64,000 bases of DNA from Vulcanimicrobiales bacterium (GTDB lineage: Bacteria; Vulcanimicrobiota; Vulcanimicrobiia; Vulcanimicrobiales; Vulcanimicrobiaceae): contig JBBQQR010000008.1 in NCBI GenBank assembly GCA_038215615.1, forward strand, positions 1 to 64,000. The letters run 5' to 3'. Shown here piece after piece: positions 21,221-30,861 of the stretch. How positions within the stretch are numbered: the first letter of the stretch is position 1; each line of letters opens with the position of its first letter. The notes under the pieces were generated by a model. That model searched no databases. It was given only the letters and a program-made list of their open reading frames with translations, and was not told the origin of the DNA. The translations under genes and the position numbers were made by a program.

Positions 21221-22462
21221 TTAGTGGACCGCAACCGCGGCTTCGACCGACATGCCAGGGCGCATCGGATACTTTTGCGGATCGGCGTCGTCGATCGATA
21301 TCTTGACCGGAATGCGCTGCGTTACTTTCACGAAGTTGCCCGTAGAATTTTGCGAGGGCACCAATGCGTACGTGTTCTGCGAAGCGGGGTTAATGGCGAT
21401 GACGCGGCCGTGGAACGTCACGCCTTTGTAAGCGTCGACGTGTAGGTCTACAGGTTGTCCCGGATGCATATCCCCGACTTGCGTTTCTTTATAGTTCGCC
21501 GTGACGAAAACACGATCCGGAATGAGCGTCAAGAGCGGCATTCCCGCGCTGACGGTTTGTCCAACCGCGACGTGTTTCTCACCGACATATCCGTCGATCG
21601 GCGAGGAGATGCGCGTGTTCGTGAGATTTTGCAGCGCAATCGACACCGCGGCCTGCGCCGCAGCAACCGATGCCGGACTCTGCACCGCCGAAAGCTTTCC
21701 CTGCGCCGTTTGGACACCGCCCTGGGCGGCGCCGACGCCGGCCTGCGCCGAACTGATGCGTTGCTGCGCGGCATTCACATTCGCGATGGCAACGTTGACG
21801 TTATCTTGCGTGGCCGCATATTGTGATTGCGCAGCGGCCAACGCAGCGCGTGCCGCGTCGAGTTGCTGGCGGGGAAGATCGCCGCTGTTGACGAGCGAGA
21901 GCGTGCGCGAATAGTCGGCGCGCGCGCGAGCGAGACCCTGTGCGGCGCCCGGCAGCGCGGCCTGCGCAGCCTGCACTTGCGCCTGGGCCGCCGAAACGCC
22001 GGCCTCCGCCAGCGGAACTTGCGCCGCTGCGCCCTGGACCTCGGCTTGGGCTTGATTCACGGCGCCCGAGCCTTGCTCCACGCCGGCTACCCGGTTTTGC
22101 ATCGCCAGTTCCAAATTGGCGCGCGCTTGATCGAGCGCGGCGCGCTCGGATGCGCTATCCAGCACGACGAGCAGCTGTCCTTTGCGGGTGCGCTGATCGG
22201 TGTCTAGCACAATTTTGTCCACGCGTTCGCTGATCTTGCTCGTGATACTGACCGTATTTGCATCTATCCGCGCATCGTCGGTGGACTGATGCACTCGAGC
22301 GTAGCTGTACCAGCGCAACCCGAACACGACGATCAGAATCGCAATGGCGACGCCCGCCGCAATAAAGAATGGCCGTAGATTCCTTTTCGATGCGGTGACT
22401 TCGACGCTCTCTTCAACCGGAACGTCACCGCGTGTCACGGGAGCCTGCTCGCGAGTCTCCAC
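21221..22462 (-). CDS. EmrA/HlyD family membrane fusion protein
   Basis: Single TM, STDDA, long coiled coil, ANYKETQ and GNFVKVTQRIPVKI motifs. Confidence 0.92.
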   Translation of the reverse strand: METREQAPVTRGDVPVEESVEVTASKRNLRPFFIAAGVAIAILIVVFGLRWYSYARVHQSTDDARIDANTVSITSKISERVDKIVLDTDQRTRKGQLLVVLDSASERAALDQARANLELAMQNRVAGVEQGSGAVNQAQAEVQGAAAQVPLAEAGVSAAQAQVQAAQAALPGAAQGLARARADYSRTLSLVNSGDLPRQQLDAARAALAAAQSQYAATQDNVNVAIANVNAAQQRISSAQAGVGAAQGGVQTAQGKLSAVQSPASVAAAQAAVSIALQNLTNTRISSPIDGYVGEKHVAVGQTVSAGMPLLTLIPDRVFVTANYKETQVGDMHPGQPVDLHVDAYKGVTFHGRVIAINPASQNTYALVPSQNSTGNFVKVTQRIPVKISIDDADPQKYPMRPGMSVEAAVAVH

Positions 22463-23064
22463 TAACCCTTCCTTGCCCCGTTCAGGAAGAGATCTACCTG
22501 AAATTCGACTACCTGATCGGGCTCGGTGGCATACTCTTCGGGAAAACGCTTGCGCCCCATGACGTACGAGAAAACCATGCCCATAAAGAACCGCGCTAAG
22601 AACAAAGGTTTCCCGTAGAGTTCGCCCTTGGCAATGCGTTTGGCCATGTAATCGGCCACGATCTTCTTGATGGCCGTCGGCGTACGCCAGGCCGCTTCAC
22701 CCACGCTGCCGTCGCCGTCTTCTTCCGCCAGCGACATGACGATCAGGTCGCGAACGCTTTCCATGCGCTGCATCAGCGCCGAAGCGATGCGCCGCAGGTC
22801 GCGTTCGAGATCCCCGTCGAGGCTCGCAAGCAATTCTTCGAGCTCGACCGTCCGGCAATAATGCTCGACACACGCTTCGACGAGCGCGTCTTTGCTGCCG
22901 AAGTGCCGGAAGAGCGTGGCCTCGTTCACGCCGGCCCGATCGGCAATCTCGCGGGTGGTCGTTCCTCGCCGGCCTTTTGCCGCCAGCAAACTCCTCGTAG
23001 CCGCCAATAACCGCAGACGGGTTTCCCCCGGCATCCGGTTTGTTTGCAGCTGCGGTATCGCCAC
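22462..23064 (-). CDS. TetR/AcrR family transcriptional regulator
   Basis: TTTREIADRAGVNEATLFRHFGSK helix-turn-helix. Confidence 0.93.
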   Translation of the reverse strand: MAIPQLQTNRMPGETRLRLLAATRSLLAAKGRRGTTTREIADRAGVNEATLFRHFGSKDALVEACVEHYCRTVELEELLASLDGDLERDLRRIASALMQRMESVRDLIVMSLAEEDGDGSVGEAAWRTPTAIKKIVADYMAKRIAKGELYGKPLFLARFFMGMVFSYVMGRKRFPEEYATEPDQVVEFQVDLFLNGARKG

Positions 23065-23739
23065 TTAGTTCTTGCCCGTGAAGACGGAGTCGGCGACAGG
23101 AACGTTGGTCTTATACGGATCGAACGACGACTCTGCGACCGCGCGCACGCGGTAGTGTACGTCGACGTGCTGTGACGCCACGACGCTGAAGCCCGATTCG
23201 TTCCGGTAAGACTGCGTCATAGAAATCGAACCGCCGTTCGTATAATGCCATTCCATGCGCGCGACCTGATAGGTCGACGGATCGACGTACGCAACAGTAT
23301 CCTTAATCTGGTCGCTGTAAATTTTCTTAGTCATGATCAGCACGAGATACTGGTGGCCGGCAACGTTCTGAACGCCGCGGAACGCGATATTCGAATCTGC
23401 TATCCAGCCGTTCGGATCGGCGATGTCGGCAAAGAGCTTGTTAAAGCCCTTTGCGTACGACGGCGCGTTGGTGAAAACGACCTCATACTTTCCGGGACGT
23501 TTGTAATACGCGTTACCGTCGAGACGCGGCGACAGGAACGGAAAGCTCGTCATCCGCACCTGTACGTGAATCCCGGTTTGGAAAGAGTGAAGCGACGGAT
23601 TGCGCGCGTTGATCCGCTTGATAACCTCGGCTGCGGTACGCGGCGCCGTGGAACTCTGCGCAAATGCCGGCACTGCGGTTATAGCCCCGGCAAGCAAGAA
23701 AGCGGCAGGGCGCTTGAAGGTCAGAATGCTCATCGTCAT
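23065..23739 (-). CDS. Exported LolA-like / lipoprotein-sorting-fold protein
   Basis: Signal peptide (AFA site), beta-rich sequence with YYKRPGKY, AYVDPSTY and NVPVADSVF segments reminiscent of the LolA fold. Confidence 0.55.
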   Translation of the reverse strand: MTMSILTFKRPAAFLLAGAITAVPAFAQSSTAPRTAAEVIKRINARNPSLHSFQTGIHVQVRMTSFPFLSPRLDGNAYYKRPGKYEVVFTNAPSYAKGFNKLFADIADPNGWIADSNIAFRGVQNVAGHQYLVLIMTKKIYSDQIKDTVAYVDPSTYQVARMEWHYTNGGSISMTQSYRNESGFSVVASQHVDVHYRVRAVAESSFDPYKTNVPVADSVFTGKN

Positions 23740-23755
23740 CTCTCAGGGGTTTAAG

Positions 23756-23773
23756 TGCAAGTACTTACTTGCA
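23756..23773. promoter_or_regulatory. Probable TetR operator
   Basis: Perfect inverted repeat TGCAAGTA-CT-TACTTGCA about 17 nt upstream of the first gene of the tetR-containing operon. Confidence 0.75.
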
Positions 23774-23842
23774 TAACGCTCATTTGCCCTGCTGGGTTCC
23801 AGCCGGGCGGTCCGGGAGGCCCCCACGGGAAAAGAGTGGCCG

Positions 23843-24628
23843 ATGCTGACCCCCGAGGCGGTCCTGGAAAGCGCGGCGCGCGTTGGATTGTCGCCCGCAG
23901 CCTTCGTTATCGCCCGGCTCGACAGGGAGAGCGAACGCATCGCCATCGACGCCGGCCATTACTTCTATCCCGCAAGCATGATCAAGACGCCGCTCGCGTT
24001 AGCGGCCTTCACGCTCGTGCAAGACGGCGTCATCAACCTCGACGAGACCTACCCGGTCACGCAAGCGAATATGACGGCCAACGATAAGGACTCGCCGCTG
24101 GTCCCGGGCTACACTGCACCATTGCACCAGCTCATCGAACTGATGCTGACGATCTCCGACAACGTGGCGACGAACGTGCTCTTCGATGCGCTCGGACGCG
24201 AGCGCGCGACGCAGATCGTGCAGCAGCACTACGGTCTGGAGAATACCGCCTTCTATAGAAAGCTCTCCGGCAGCGAACCGCTCATCGTCGACCCCGGCTG
24301 GGACAAGGCGCACCGGAACTCGCACTCCGCCGCCGACGCCGCCCGCCTCTTCGAACTCATCGCGCGCGATGAAGTTCCATTTGCACGGTTGTTCCGCGGA
24401 ATCTTAGACCGCCAGCAGTGGAACAATAAATTGCCGGCGGGCCTGTATCCCGGAGATCGATTCGCGCATAAAACGGGCGACACCGATGAAGTCACCCATG
24501 ACGGCGGGATTTTGGATACGCAAGAAGGCGCGTCTTACGTCGTAGTCGTGTATGCCGGCATGCATTCGAACGACGCGAACAACGCGAAGTTCGGTCCCTT
24601 TATGAGTTCGATCCGCTCGCTGCTTTAA
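23843..24628 (+). CDS. Class A beta-lactamase-like serine hydrolase
   Basis: SMIK (SxxK), SDN and HKTG motifs; no evident signal peptide. Confidence 0.85.
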   Translation: MLTPEAVLESAARVGLSPAAFVIARLDRESERIAIDAGHYFYPASMIKTPLALAAFTLVQDGVINLDETYPVTQANMTANDKDSPLVPGYTAPLHQLIELMLTISDNVATNVLFDALGRERATQIVQQHYGLENTAFYRKLSGSEPLIVDPGWDKAHRNSHSAADAARLFELIARDEVPFARLFRGILDRQQWNNKLPAGLYPGDRFAHKTGDTDEVTHDGGILDTQEGASYVVVVYAGMHSNDANNAKFGPFMSSIRSLL

Positions 24629-25841
24629 GTGCTCCGCCGACGAACGTCTCGCGAACCGCTCCTGGCTGTGCGCGGTAAACAAGCGCGTTGACCAGTGGGG
24701 ACTCGGGCGCAGCGAGGCGATCAAGATCAACGACAGCGTAATCCGCAAATGCGCCTACCCGAAAATCGCCCGCGTCGACGCCGAGCGCTTGCGCACCCAG
24801 CGACGTAGCGAGCCGGAAGGCGCGTGCCGCATCGAACGCTCCCGCATCGCGGCGCGCCAGTTTCTGGAGAAACGAAGCGGCACGCATTTCATCCAGAATC
24901 GATGCATTGACGTTGGCGTCTGTTCCCAATCCGACAGGTACTCCGAGTTCGAGCAAGCCCGCAACGTCGGATATTCCGTCTCCCAAGTACTGGTTGGTCA
25001 CGGGATTGTGAACCACGGATGCCCGCGCGCTCGCCAGCATCTTCTTCTCGTCCGCCTCCAAATAAATTGCGTGAACGGCGACTAGCCGTTCGTCCACGAC
25101 GCCGAGACTCTCGAGCAGGCGCATCGGCGCCATGCCGAATTGTTTTGCGGTTTGTTCGCCTTCGTATGCAGCTTCGGCAACGTGGATGTGCAGGCGGCAG
25201 TTCGCCTCGCGCGCAAACTCGCCGGCCGCGCGGATCATCTCAGGCGAAGCGGCGTGTACGGAGTGCGGAGCGACGCAAACATTTGCCTCGGGGAAACGCG
25301 TCATCAGCTCGCGCGTGCGCGCCGCCGCCATATCGATCGGCTCGCGAAACGCCGCCGGAGCGGTCGGCGCATCCATCCAGCAGCGCGCCAGCACCAGCCG
25401 AATGCCCGTCTCGCGGGCCGCTTGAACGACCGCCTCGGCGTGCGAGTTGCCGCCCCCGTTGAGGTAGAAAAACTCTGCAACGGTCGTGATACCGCCAGCC
25501 AGCATTTCGCGGAATGCCGTCGCAAACGTCCGGCGCACTTCTTCGGGCGAAAGTCCGGGGACGATCCTATACAGCGCCTCATCGCGCCAGCGCGCAAACG
25601 GCAAATCGTCACCGATGCCACGCAGCAGTATCTGATAAGCGTGGCTGTGACAGTTTATGAAACCAGGGATGAGGGCAACGGCGGCGCCGTGCTCGCGAAA
25701 GGCCGCATCCGGAAAACGTTTGCGCAATTCCTCGAACGGCGCGATCGCCGCAATGCGTTCGTTTTGAACCGCAAAACAAAAGTTGCTGCGTTCCTCGGCT
25801 TTAACGAGCGCCAGATCGGCGCGAACGATGACCGCACTCAC
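24600..25841 (-). CDS. Amidohydrolase, probable formimidoylglutamate deiminase (HutF-like)
   Basis: NCHSHAYQ, VAEFFY, APHS, HIHVAE and GTD motifs; last gene of the hut operon. Confidence 0.7.
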   Translation of the reverse strand: MSAVIVRADLALVKAEERSNFCFAVQNERIAAIAPFEELRKRFPDAAFREHGAAVALIPGFINCHSHAYQILLRGIGDDLPFARWRDEALYRIVPGLSPEEVRRTFATAFREMLAGGITTVAEFFYLNGGGNSHAEAVVQAARETGIRLVLARCWMDAPTAPAAFREPIDMAAARTRELMTRFPEANVCVAPHSVHAASPEMIRAAGEFAREANCRLHIHVAEAAYEGEQTAKQFGMAPMRLLESLGVVDERLVAVHAIYLEADEKKMLASARASVVHNPVTNQYLGDGISDVAGLLELGVPVGLGTDANVNASILDEMRAASFLQKLARRDAGAFDAARAFRLATSLGAQALGVDAGDFRVGAFADYAVVDLDRLAAPESPLVNALVYRAQPGAVRETFVGGALKAASGSNS

Positions 25842-27031
25842 GAGAACCGCACGCCGCCGCGGAAGACCGCCGCGGCCAAATTGCCTCCAAATTGAAATCC
25901 GAACTCGTCGGGCGATCCCAGTGTCAGCGCCACGAAGTCCGCGGGCTGTCCGACGCGAATGCGCCCCGCCTCTGCCCGCAGCGATTTAGCTGCCGCAAGC
26001 GTCATTCCGTACAGCGCTTCAGCTGCGCTTAAACCGTAGAGCCTGCGGCCATAGTTCGCGACCGTTTGCAAATTAAAACACGGCGAGGTTCCGGGATTGT
26101 AATCGCTAGCCAGGGCAACGGATCCGCCACGCACGAGAATCTCGCGCACCGGGCATGGCGGGAGCCCGAGATATACGGTCGTAGCGGGACACGCGACGGT
26201 CACGATACGGGCGGCAACGAGCGCTTCGATGTCGTCTTTGCGGACGAAATTGCAATGGTCGACGGTGTCGGCTCCGGCCTGCACTGCCGCCGCTGCCGCC
26301 CCGCTGTAAGACAGCTCGTCGCAATGTGCGCGCAGCCCGAGATCGTGCGAGCGCGCAGCCGTGAGGTAGATCTGCGTTTGCGCAGGCGAAAAGAAACCGG
26401 GCTCGCAAAACACATCCGCGTATACCGCACCGTGTGCCCGGGCTTCCGGCAACACTTCCCCGATTAAGTAGTCGGTATACGCGTCCGCGTCGGGAAATTC
26501 GGACGGCACGGCATGTGCACCCAAGAACGTTGCGATCAGGTGCGGCAATCCGGGCTGATCTTTGTGCGCATCGATCAGGTCGAGCATGTGCAGTTCGCCG
26601 GCCTTCGTCAACGCGTAACCGGTTTTCACTTCGGCCGTCGTTGTGCCGTGCGCGAGCATTAATCTCAGACGGCCTTCGACCGTGCTCCAAAATGCGGCCG
26701 GGTCCAAAAGCGCCTCGCGCGTCCTTTGCACCGTGTGCAGCATCGTTTCGCCGGGTTCGCGCATCCCGGCAAAGAGCGGGTGCGTATGCGCATCGACAAA
26801 TCCGGGCACGACCACGCAATCGGGCAAGTCGAATGACTGCGTGCGCCCCTCGACCTGCGCAACTGCGTCGCGCTGCTCGGGATCCTTCGACAAGCTCAGG
26901 ATGACACCGCGAGCGTCGTCGATCAGAATTGAGCCGTCGCGAATCAGCCCCAGTTGTTCGAAAGTGATTCCGTTTTGTGGCGCGTCCGTATCGCAGGTAA
27001 CGATCGCCCCCGCGCGGACTAAAAGCGCCAA
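25838..27031 (-). CDS. hutI: Imidazolonepropionase
   Basis: DAHTH, EVKTGY, TFLGAH, DVFCE and ALASDYNPG motifs; hut context. Confidence 0.9.
   Translation of the reverse strand: MALLVRAGAIVTCDTDAPQNGITFEQLGLIRDGSILIDDARGVILSLSKDPEQRDAVAQVEGRTQSFDLPDCVVVPGFVDAHTHPLFAGMREPGETMLHTVQRTREALLDPAAFWSTVEGRLRLMLAHGTTTAEVKTGYALTKAGELHMLDLIDAHKDQPGLPHLIATFLGAHAVPSEFPDADAYTDYLIGEVLPEARAHGAVYADVFCEPGFFSPAQTQIYLTAARSHDLGLRAHCDELSYSGAAAAAVQAGADTVDHCNFVRKDDIEALVAARIVTVACPATTVYLGLPPCPVREILVRGGSVALASDYNPGTSPCFNLQTVANYGRRLYGLSAAEALYGMTLAAAKSLRAEAGRIRVGQPADFVALTLGSPDEFGFQFGGNLAAAVFRGGVRFS
26843..26908 (-). repeat. REP-like two-unit element in frame within hutI
   Basis: GGTGTCATCCT-GAGCTTGTCGA-AGGAT followed by CCC-GAGC-[hairpin]-GGTCGA-GGGG; encodes [21 protein letters not shown]. 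Confidence 0.8.
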
Positions 27032-28671
27032 TCGATGCCTTTTGCGTCGGCCGTTTCGATCGCGGACTCATATCCGGCGTCGGCATGACGCACGACGCCG
27101 AGTCCCGGATCCGTCGTCAGCACGCACTGCAGGCGGTCGCGCGCGTCGTCGGTTCCGTCGGCGACGACGACCATGCCCGCGTGCAAACTGTAGCCGATTC
27201 CGACTCCGCCGCCGTGATGAAACGAAACCCAGTGCGCGCCCGCAGCCGTGTTCAGCAACGCGTTGAGAATGGGCCAATCCGCAATTGCGTCGCTGCCGTC
27301 GCGCATTGCTTCGGTTTCGCGATAGGGCGAAGCGACGCTACCCGCGTCCAAGTGGTCGCGGCCGATCACGATCGGCGCCCGCAGCTCGCCGGAACGCACG
27401 AGTTCGTTGAAACGGACGCCGGCGGTCGCGCGCTCGCCGTACGCCAGCCAGCAAATTCGCGCCGGCAGACCTTGGAAGGCGACGCGATCGCGCGCGAGCG
27501 TAATCCACCGCCGCAGCGCTTCATCTTCCGGGAAAAGCCGCAGCAACTCTTCGTCGCAGCGCGCAATGTCTAGCGCGTCGCCCGAAAGCGCCGCAAACCG
27601 GAACGGTCCGCTTCCGCGACAGAAAAGCGGCCGGATAAAAGCCGGGACAAAGCCGGGGAAATCAAACGCGCGCTCGACGCCGGCGCGCTGTGCCATCGCG
27701 CGCAGATTGTTGCCGTAATCGAAAACGACTGCGCCGTCTCTCTGGAAACCGAGCATTGCCCGGACGTGATCGGCGACCGTCGCAAACGCCCGCTTCTCAT
27801 ATTCTTTTGCATCGCGCGCACGAAGCTCGGCTGCTTCTTCAACCGAAAGGCCGGCTGGAATATAAGCCCCGATCATGTCGTGGGCGGGAGTCTGATCGGT
27901 AACGACGTCCGGCTGCAAGCCCTCCGCCAGCAGTGCGGGAAACTCCGAGCCCGCATTTCCGGCGTAGCCGATCGACACGGCGCGGCCTTCGCGCCGCGCG
28001 GCTTCAATTTCGCGAAGCGCTTGCGCCCGCGACGCGACCACGCGATCGAGATACTTTAGTACGCGCCGGCGTTCGAGCCGCTGCGGGTCGACGTCCACGA
28101 TCAGCGCGATGCCTTCGTTCATCGTAATCGCCAGCGGCTGCGCGCCGCCCATGCCGCCGGCGCCGGCGGTCAAACAGACGCGTCCACGAAGACTACCGCC
28201 GAAATGCCTGCGCGCAAGCTCGGCAAACGTCTCGTAGGTGCCTTGCACGATGCCTTGCGAGCCGATGTACATCCAAGAGCCCGCCGTCATTTGGCCGTAC
28301 ATCGTTAACCCTTGCGCCTCGAGCTCGCGGAAGGTTTGGAGATCGGCCCACTTCGGCACGATGTTGGCATTGGCGATCAGAACGCGCGGAGCGCGCGCAT
28401 GCGTCTTGAAGATCGCGACCGCTTTGCCGCTTTGCACCAGCAGCGTCTCGTCGTTTGCCAAGCGCTTGAGCGCGCGCACGATCTCTTCGAAGGCTTCCCA
28501 CGAACGCGCCGCGCGGCCGTTGCCGCCATAAACGATCAGTTCCTCCGGCCGTTCGGCAACGTCGGGATCGAGATTGTTCATGAGCATGCGCAGCGCGGCT
28601 TCCTGCGGCCAAGCTTTGCAAGAAAGCTCCGATCCCCGCGGTGCGCGCACGGTTCGCGAAAACGTCTTCAC
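27019..28671 (-). CDS. hutU: Urocanate hydratase
   Basis: [33 protein letters not shown] and HHGGGVG motifs. Start probably GTG 28671 (GTGA overlap); alternative 28689. Confidence 0.97.
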   Translation of the reverse strand: MKTFSRTVRAPRGSELSCKAWPQEAALRMLMNNLDPDVAERPEELIVYGGNGRAARSWEAFEEIVRALKRLANDETLLVQSGKAVAIFKTHARAPRVLIANANIVPKWADLQTFRELEAQGLTMYGQMTAGSWMYIGSQGIVQGTYETFAELARRHFGGSLRGRVCLTAGAGGMGGAQPLAITMNEGIALIVDVDPQRLERRRVLKYLDRVVASRAQALREIEAARREGRAVSIGYAGNAGSEFPALLAEGLQPDVVTDQTPAHDMIGAYIPAGLSVEEAAELRARDAKEYEKRAFATVADHVRAMLGFQRDGAVVFDYGNNLRAMAQRAGVERAFDFPGFVPAFIRPLFCRGSGPFRFAALSGDALDIARCDEELLRLFPEDEALRRWITLARDRVAFQGLPARICWLAYGERATAGVRFNELVRSGELRAPIVIGRDHLDAGSVASPYRETEAMRDGSDAIADWPILNALLNTAAGAHWVSFHHGGGVGIGYSLHAGMVVVADGTDDARDRLQCVLTTDPGLGVVRHADAGYESAIETADAKGIDWRF

Positions 28672-28772
28672 GTTGACCGTGGCTCCCACAGCTCGATGCG
28701 ATTACATTCATTGAGCGCTTCCGGGTCCTTGGCCGTAAAGAATATTCCGCCGACTCCAGCGATGCGTTTCAT
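28668..28772 (-). pseudogene. Internally deleted VOC/glyoxalase gene remnant (34-aa mini-ORF)
   Basis: MKRIAGVGGIFFTAKDPEALNE joined to [12 protein letters not shown], resembling the N- and C-termini of a VOC protein with the middle missing. Confidence 0.75.
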
Positions 28773-30304
28773 TTTGTAGCGGCATTTTCGGCAGCGTTCA
28801 CGATTTCGCCGCTCGCGATCAACGCGCGGGCAGCGGTGATGTCGGGAGCGGGAGAGCGGTCCTCGCGCCATGCCGTGATGCTCTTGCGTGCCGCGTCGTA
28901 CGCGGCTTGCGTGCCAACCCCAGAACGCAGCGGACGCCGGAAATCCGTGGCCGCGAGCGCTGCAAGCAACTCGCAGGCCAGCGACCCTTCGACGTTGTCG
29001 AGAACTCGGTCGAGATTGAGCGCCGCGGTCATGCCCATGCTGACGTGGTCTTCTTGCCCGGCCGACGTCGGAATCGAATCGACGCTGTTCGGCCACGCCA
29101 ATCCCTTGTTCTCCGAAACGAGCGCAGCCGACGTGTACTGCACGATCATCAGACCCGACTGTAATCCCGAGCGGCCCGTGAGGAAAAGCGGCAAGCCGCG
29201 CTCTTCGGCATTCAGTAACAGGTAGAGCCGGCGCTCGCTGATCGAGGCCAATTCTGCAAGAGCAATCTTCAGCACGTCGCAGGCGAGGGCCACCGGTTGG
29301 CCGTGGAAGTTTCCGCCGCTCAGGAATTCACCGTCGTCAGGAAAGACCAAAGGATTATCGGTAACGGAAATCGCTTCCGTTTCGATCGCGGTACGCGCGT
29401 AGGCGGAAGCATCACGCACGGCGCCGTGCACGACCGGGATGCAGCGGTACGAGTACGGATCTTGAACGCGGCCGCATTCGCGATGCGATTCGATGATCTC
29501 CGAGCCGCGCAGAAGGGTCCGCAAGTGCTCGGCCACGGCCGCCTGTCCGGGATGGGGACGCAGCGCGTTGATGCGGCGGTCGAAGACGCGATCCGTACCG
29601 AGAAACGCTTCAAGCGACATCGCGCCGATAACGTCGGCGGCGTCCAATAAGGATTCGGCGCGCAACAGCGAGAGCGCGGCGATGCCCGTCATCGCTTCGG
29701 TGCCGTTGACCAGCGAAAGTCCCTCTTTTGGAGCGAGTTTTATCGGATTTAGGCCAGCGAGCTGCAGAGCTCGCGCGCTCGGCATCTTCTCACCGCCGAA
29801 ATACGCCTCGCCTTCGCCTATGAGCGTCAGCGTCATGTGTGCGAGCGGAGCGAGATCGCCGCTGGCTCCAACTGAACCTTGCGACGGCACGTAAGGCGTA
29901 ACTCCGCGGTTGAGCAGCGCTGCCAAAAGATCGAGCGTCTCTTCGCGGATGCCTGAATGGCCCGCGGCAAGCGAACTCACGCGCAACACCCCGGCGGCGC
30001 GCACGAAGCGATCCGAAAGTGGCAGCCCCGTGCCGGCCGCGTGGCTGCGTACTAAGTTCAGCTGCAATTGCTCGGCGTCGGCGCGCGCGATCGGAACCTG
30101 GGCCAGGCGCCCGAAACCGGTCGTGACGCCATAGATCGCTTCGCCCTGCGCTATTTTTTCGTCGACCAGGCTACGGGCGGCCGCAACCCGGCGCCGCGCA
30201 CCGGACGAGATCGCCACCTGCGCCCCGTTAACGGCAACCGCGTGAATCGCTTCGAGGGGCAGGTGCCGCCCGTCGAGTTCGACGGGCGGAGGAACGGACT
30301 CCAT
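28769..30304 (-). CDS. hutH: Histidine ammonia-lyase
   Basis: YGVTTGFG, MIO-forming ASG in GSVGASGDLAPL, QDPYSYRC, GGNFHG and QEDHVSMG motifs. Confidence 0.97.
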   Translation of the reverse strand: MESVPPPVELDGRHLPLEAIHAVAVNGAQVAISSGARRRVAAARSLVDEKIAQGEAIYGVTTGFGRLAQVPIARADAEQLQLNLVRSHAAGTGLPLSDRFVRAAGVLRVSSLAAGHSGIREETLDLLAALLNRGVTPYVPSQGSVGASGDLAPLAHMTLTLIGEGEAYFGGEKMPSARALQLAGLNPIKLAPKEGLSLVNGTEAMTGIAALSLLRAESLLDAADVIGAMSLEAFLGTDRVFDRRINALRPHPGQAAVAEHLRTLLRGSEIIESHRECGRVQDPYSYRCIPVVHGAVRDASAYARTAIETEAISVTDNPLVFPDDGEFLSGGNFHGQPVALACDVLKIALAELASISERRLYLLLNAEERGLPLFLTGRSGLQSGLMIVQYTSAALVSENKGLAWPNSVDSIPTSAGQEDHVSMGMTAALNLDRVLDNVEGSLACELLAALAATDFRRPLRSGVGTQAAYDAARKSITAWREDRSPAPDITAARALIASGEIVNAAENAATK

Positions 30305-30308
30305 GACG

Positions 30309-30845
30309 TTACGGTTTTTGGTTGACCATGAGGTGCGCGTAAGGCGTGCCGGCCCACATGATCCAGGTCCCCGAGTCTTTCGGAACCGTAGCGAGACCGC
30401 TGGCCGCCGTTACGGGCCACATCACCATCCAGTGCGGCGGCTCGTGAATCGGGTTTCCCTTGGTGGCCCAGGGGTTGCTCGCGCTCCAATCAGTGCCGCC
30501 CGCCAGCATGTAGATGATTCCGGGCTTCGCGTTGGCCGGATGCCTCTTGTGCGCCATCCACGAGCCGACCCATTGCATGCCGGCCGCGTCCGCGCAAAAC
30601 GGGTCGCCGCCGACGGCACCGGGGTGACCTACGAAACAGGTGAACCCGTTCCCGCCCTGTTTTAGAACCGTCACCTTGCCGGTGGCGTCGCTCACGTCAA
30701 TGAAAGTCGCGACAGCGGCGACTGCCGGAGGTGCGGCGGTCTTTCCGCGCGCTATTTTCGCTTGGAGCGATTCGGCGGCTTGTACCTGAAGGACAGCCAG
30801 TGCCCAAACGGCGGCGACCGCCGCCATCACACGATATATTTTCAC
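30309..30845 (-). CDS. Exported hypothetical protein
   Basis: Signal peptide; conserved-looking CAD...W, PGIIYMLAGG, PHWMV and WIMWAGTPYAHLMV segments. Confidence 0.7.
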   Translation of the reverse strand: MKIYRVMAAVAAVWALAVLQVQAAESLQAKIARGKTAAPPAVAAVATFIDVSDATGKVTVLKQGGNGFTCFVGHPGAVGGDPFCADAAGMQWVGSWMAHKRHPANAKPGIIYMLAGGTDWSASNPWATKGNPIHEPPHWMVMWPVTAASGLATVPKDSGTWIMWAGTPYAHLMVNQKP

Positions 30846-30861
30846 TTATGCTCCTTGTGGC

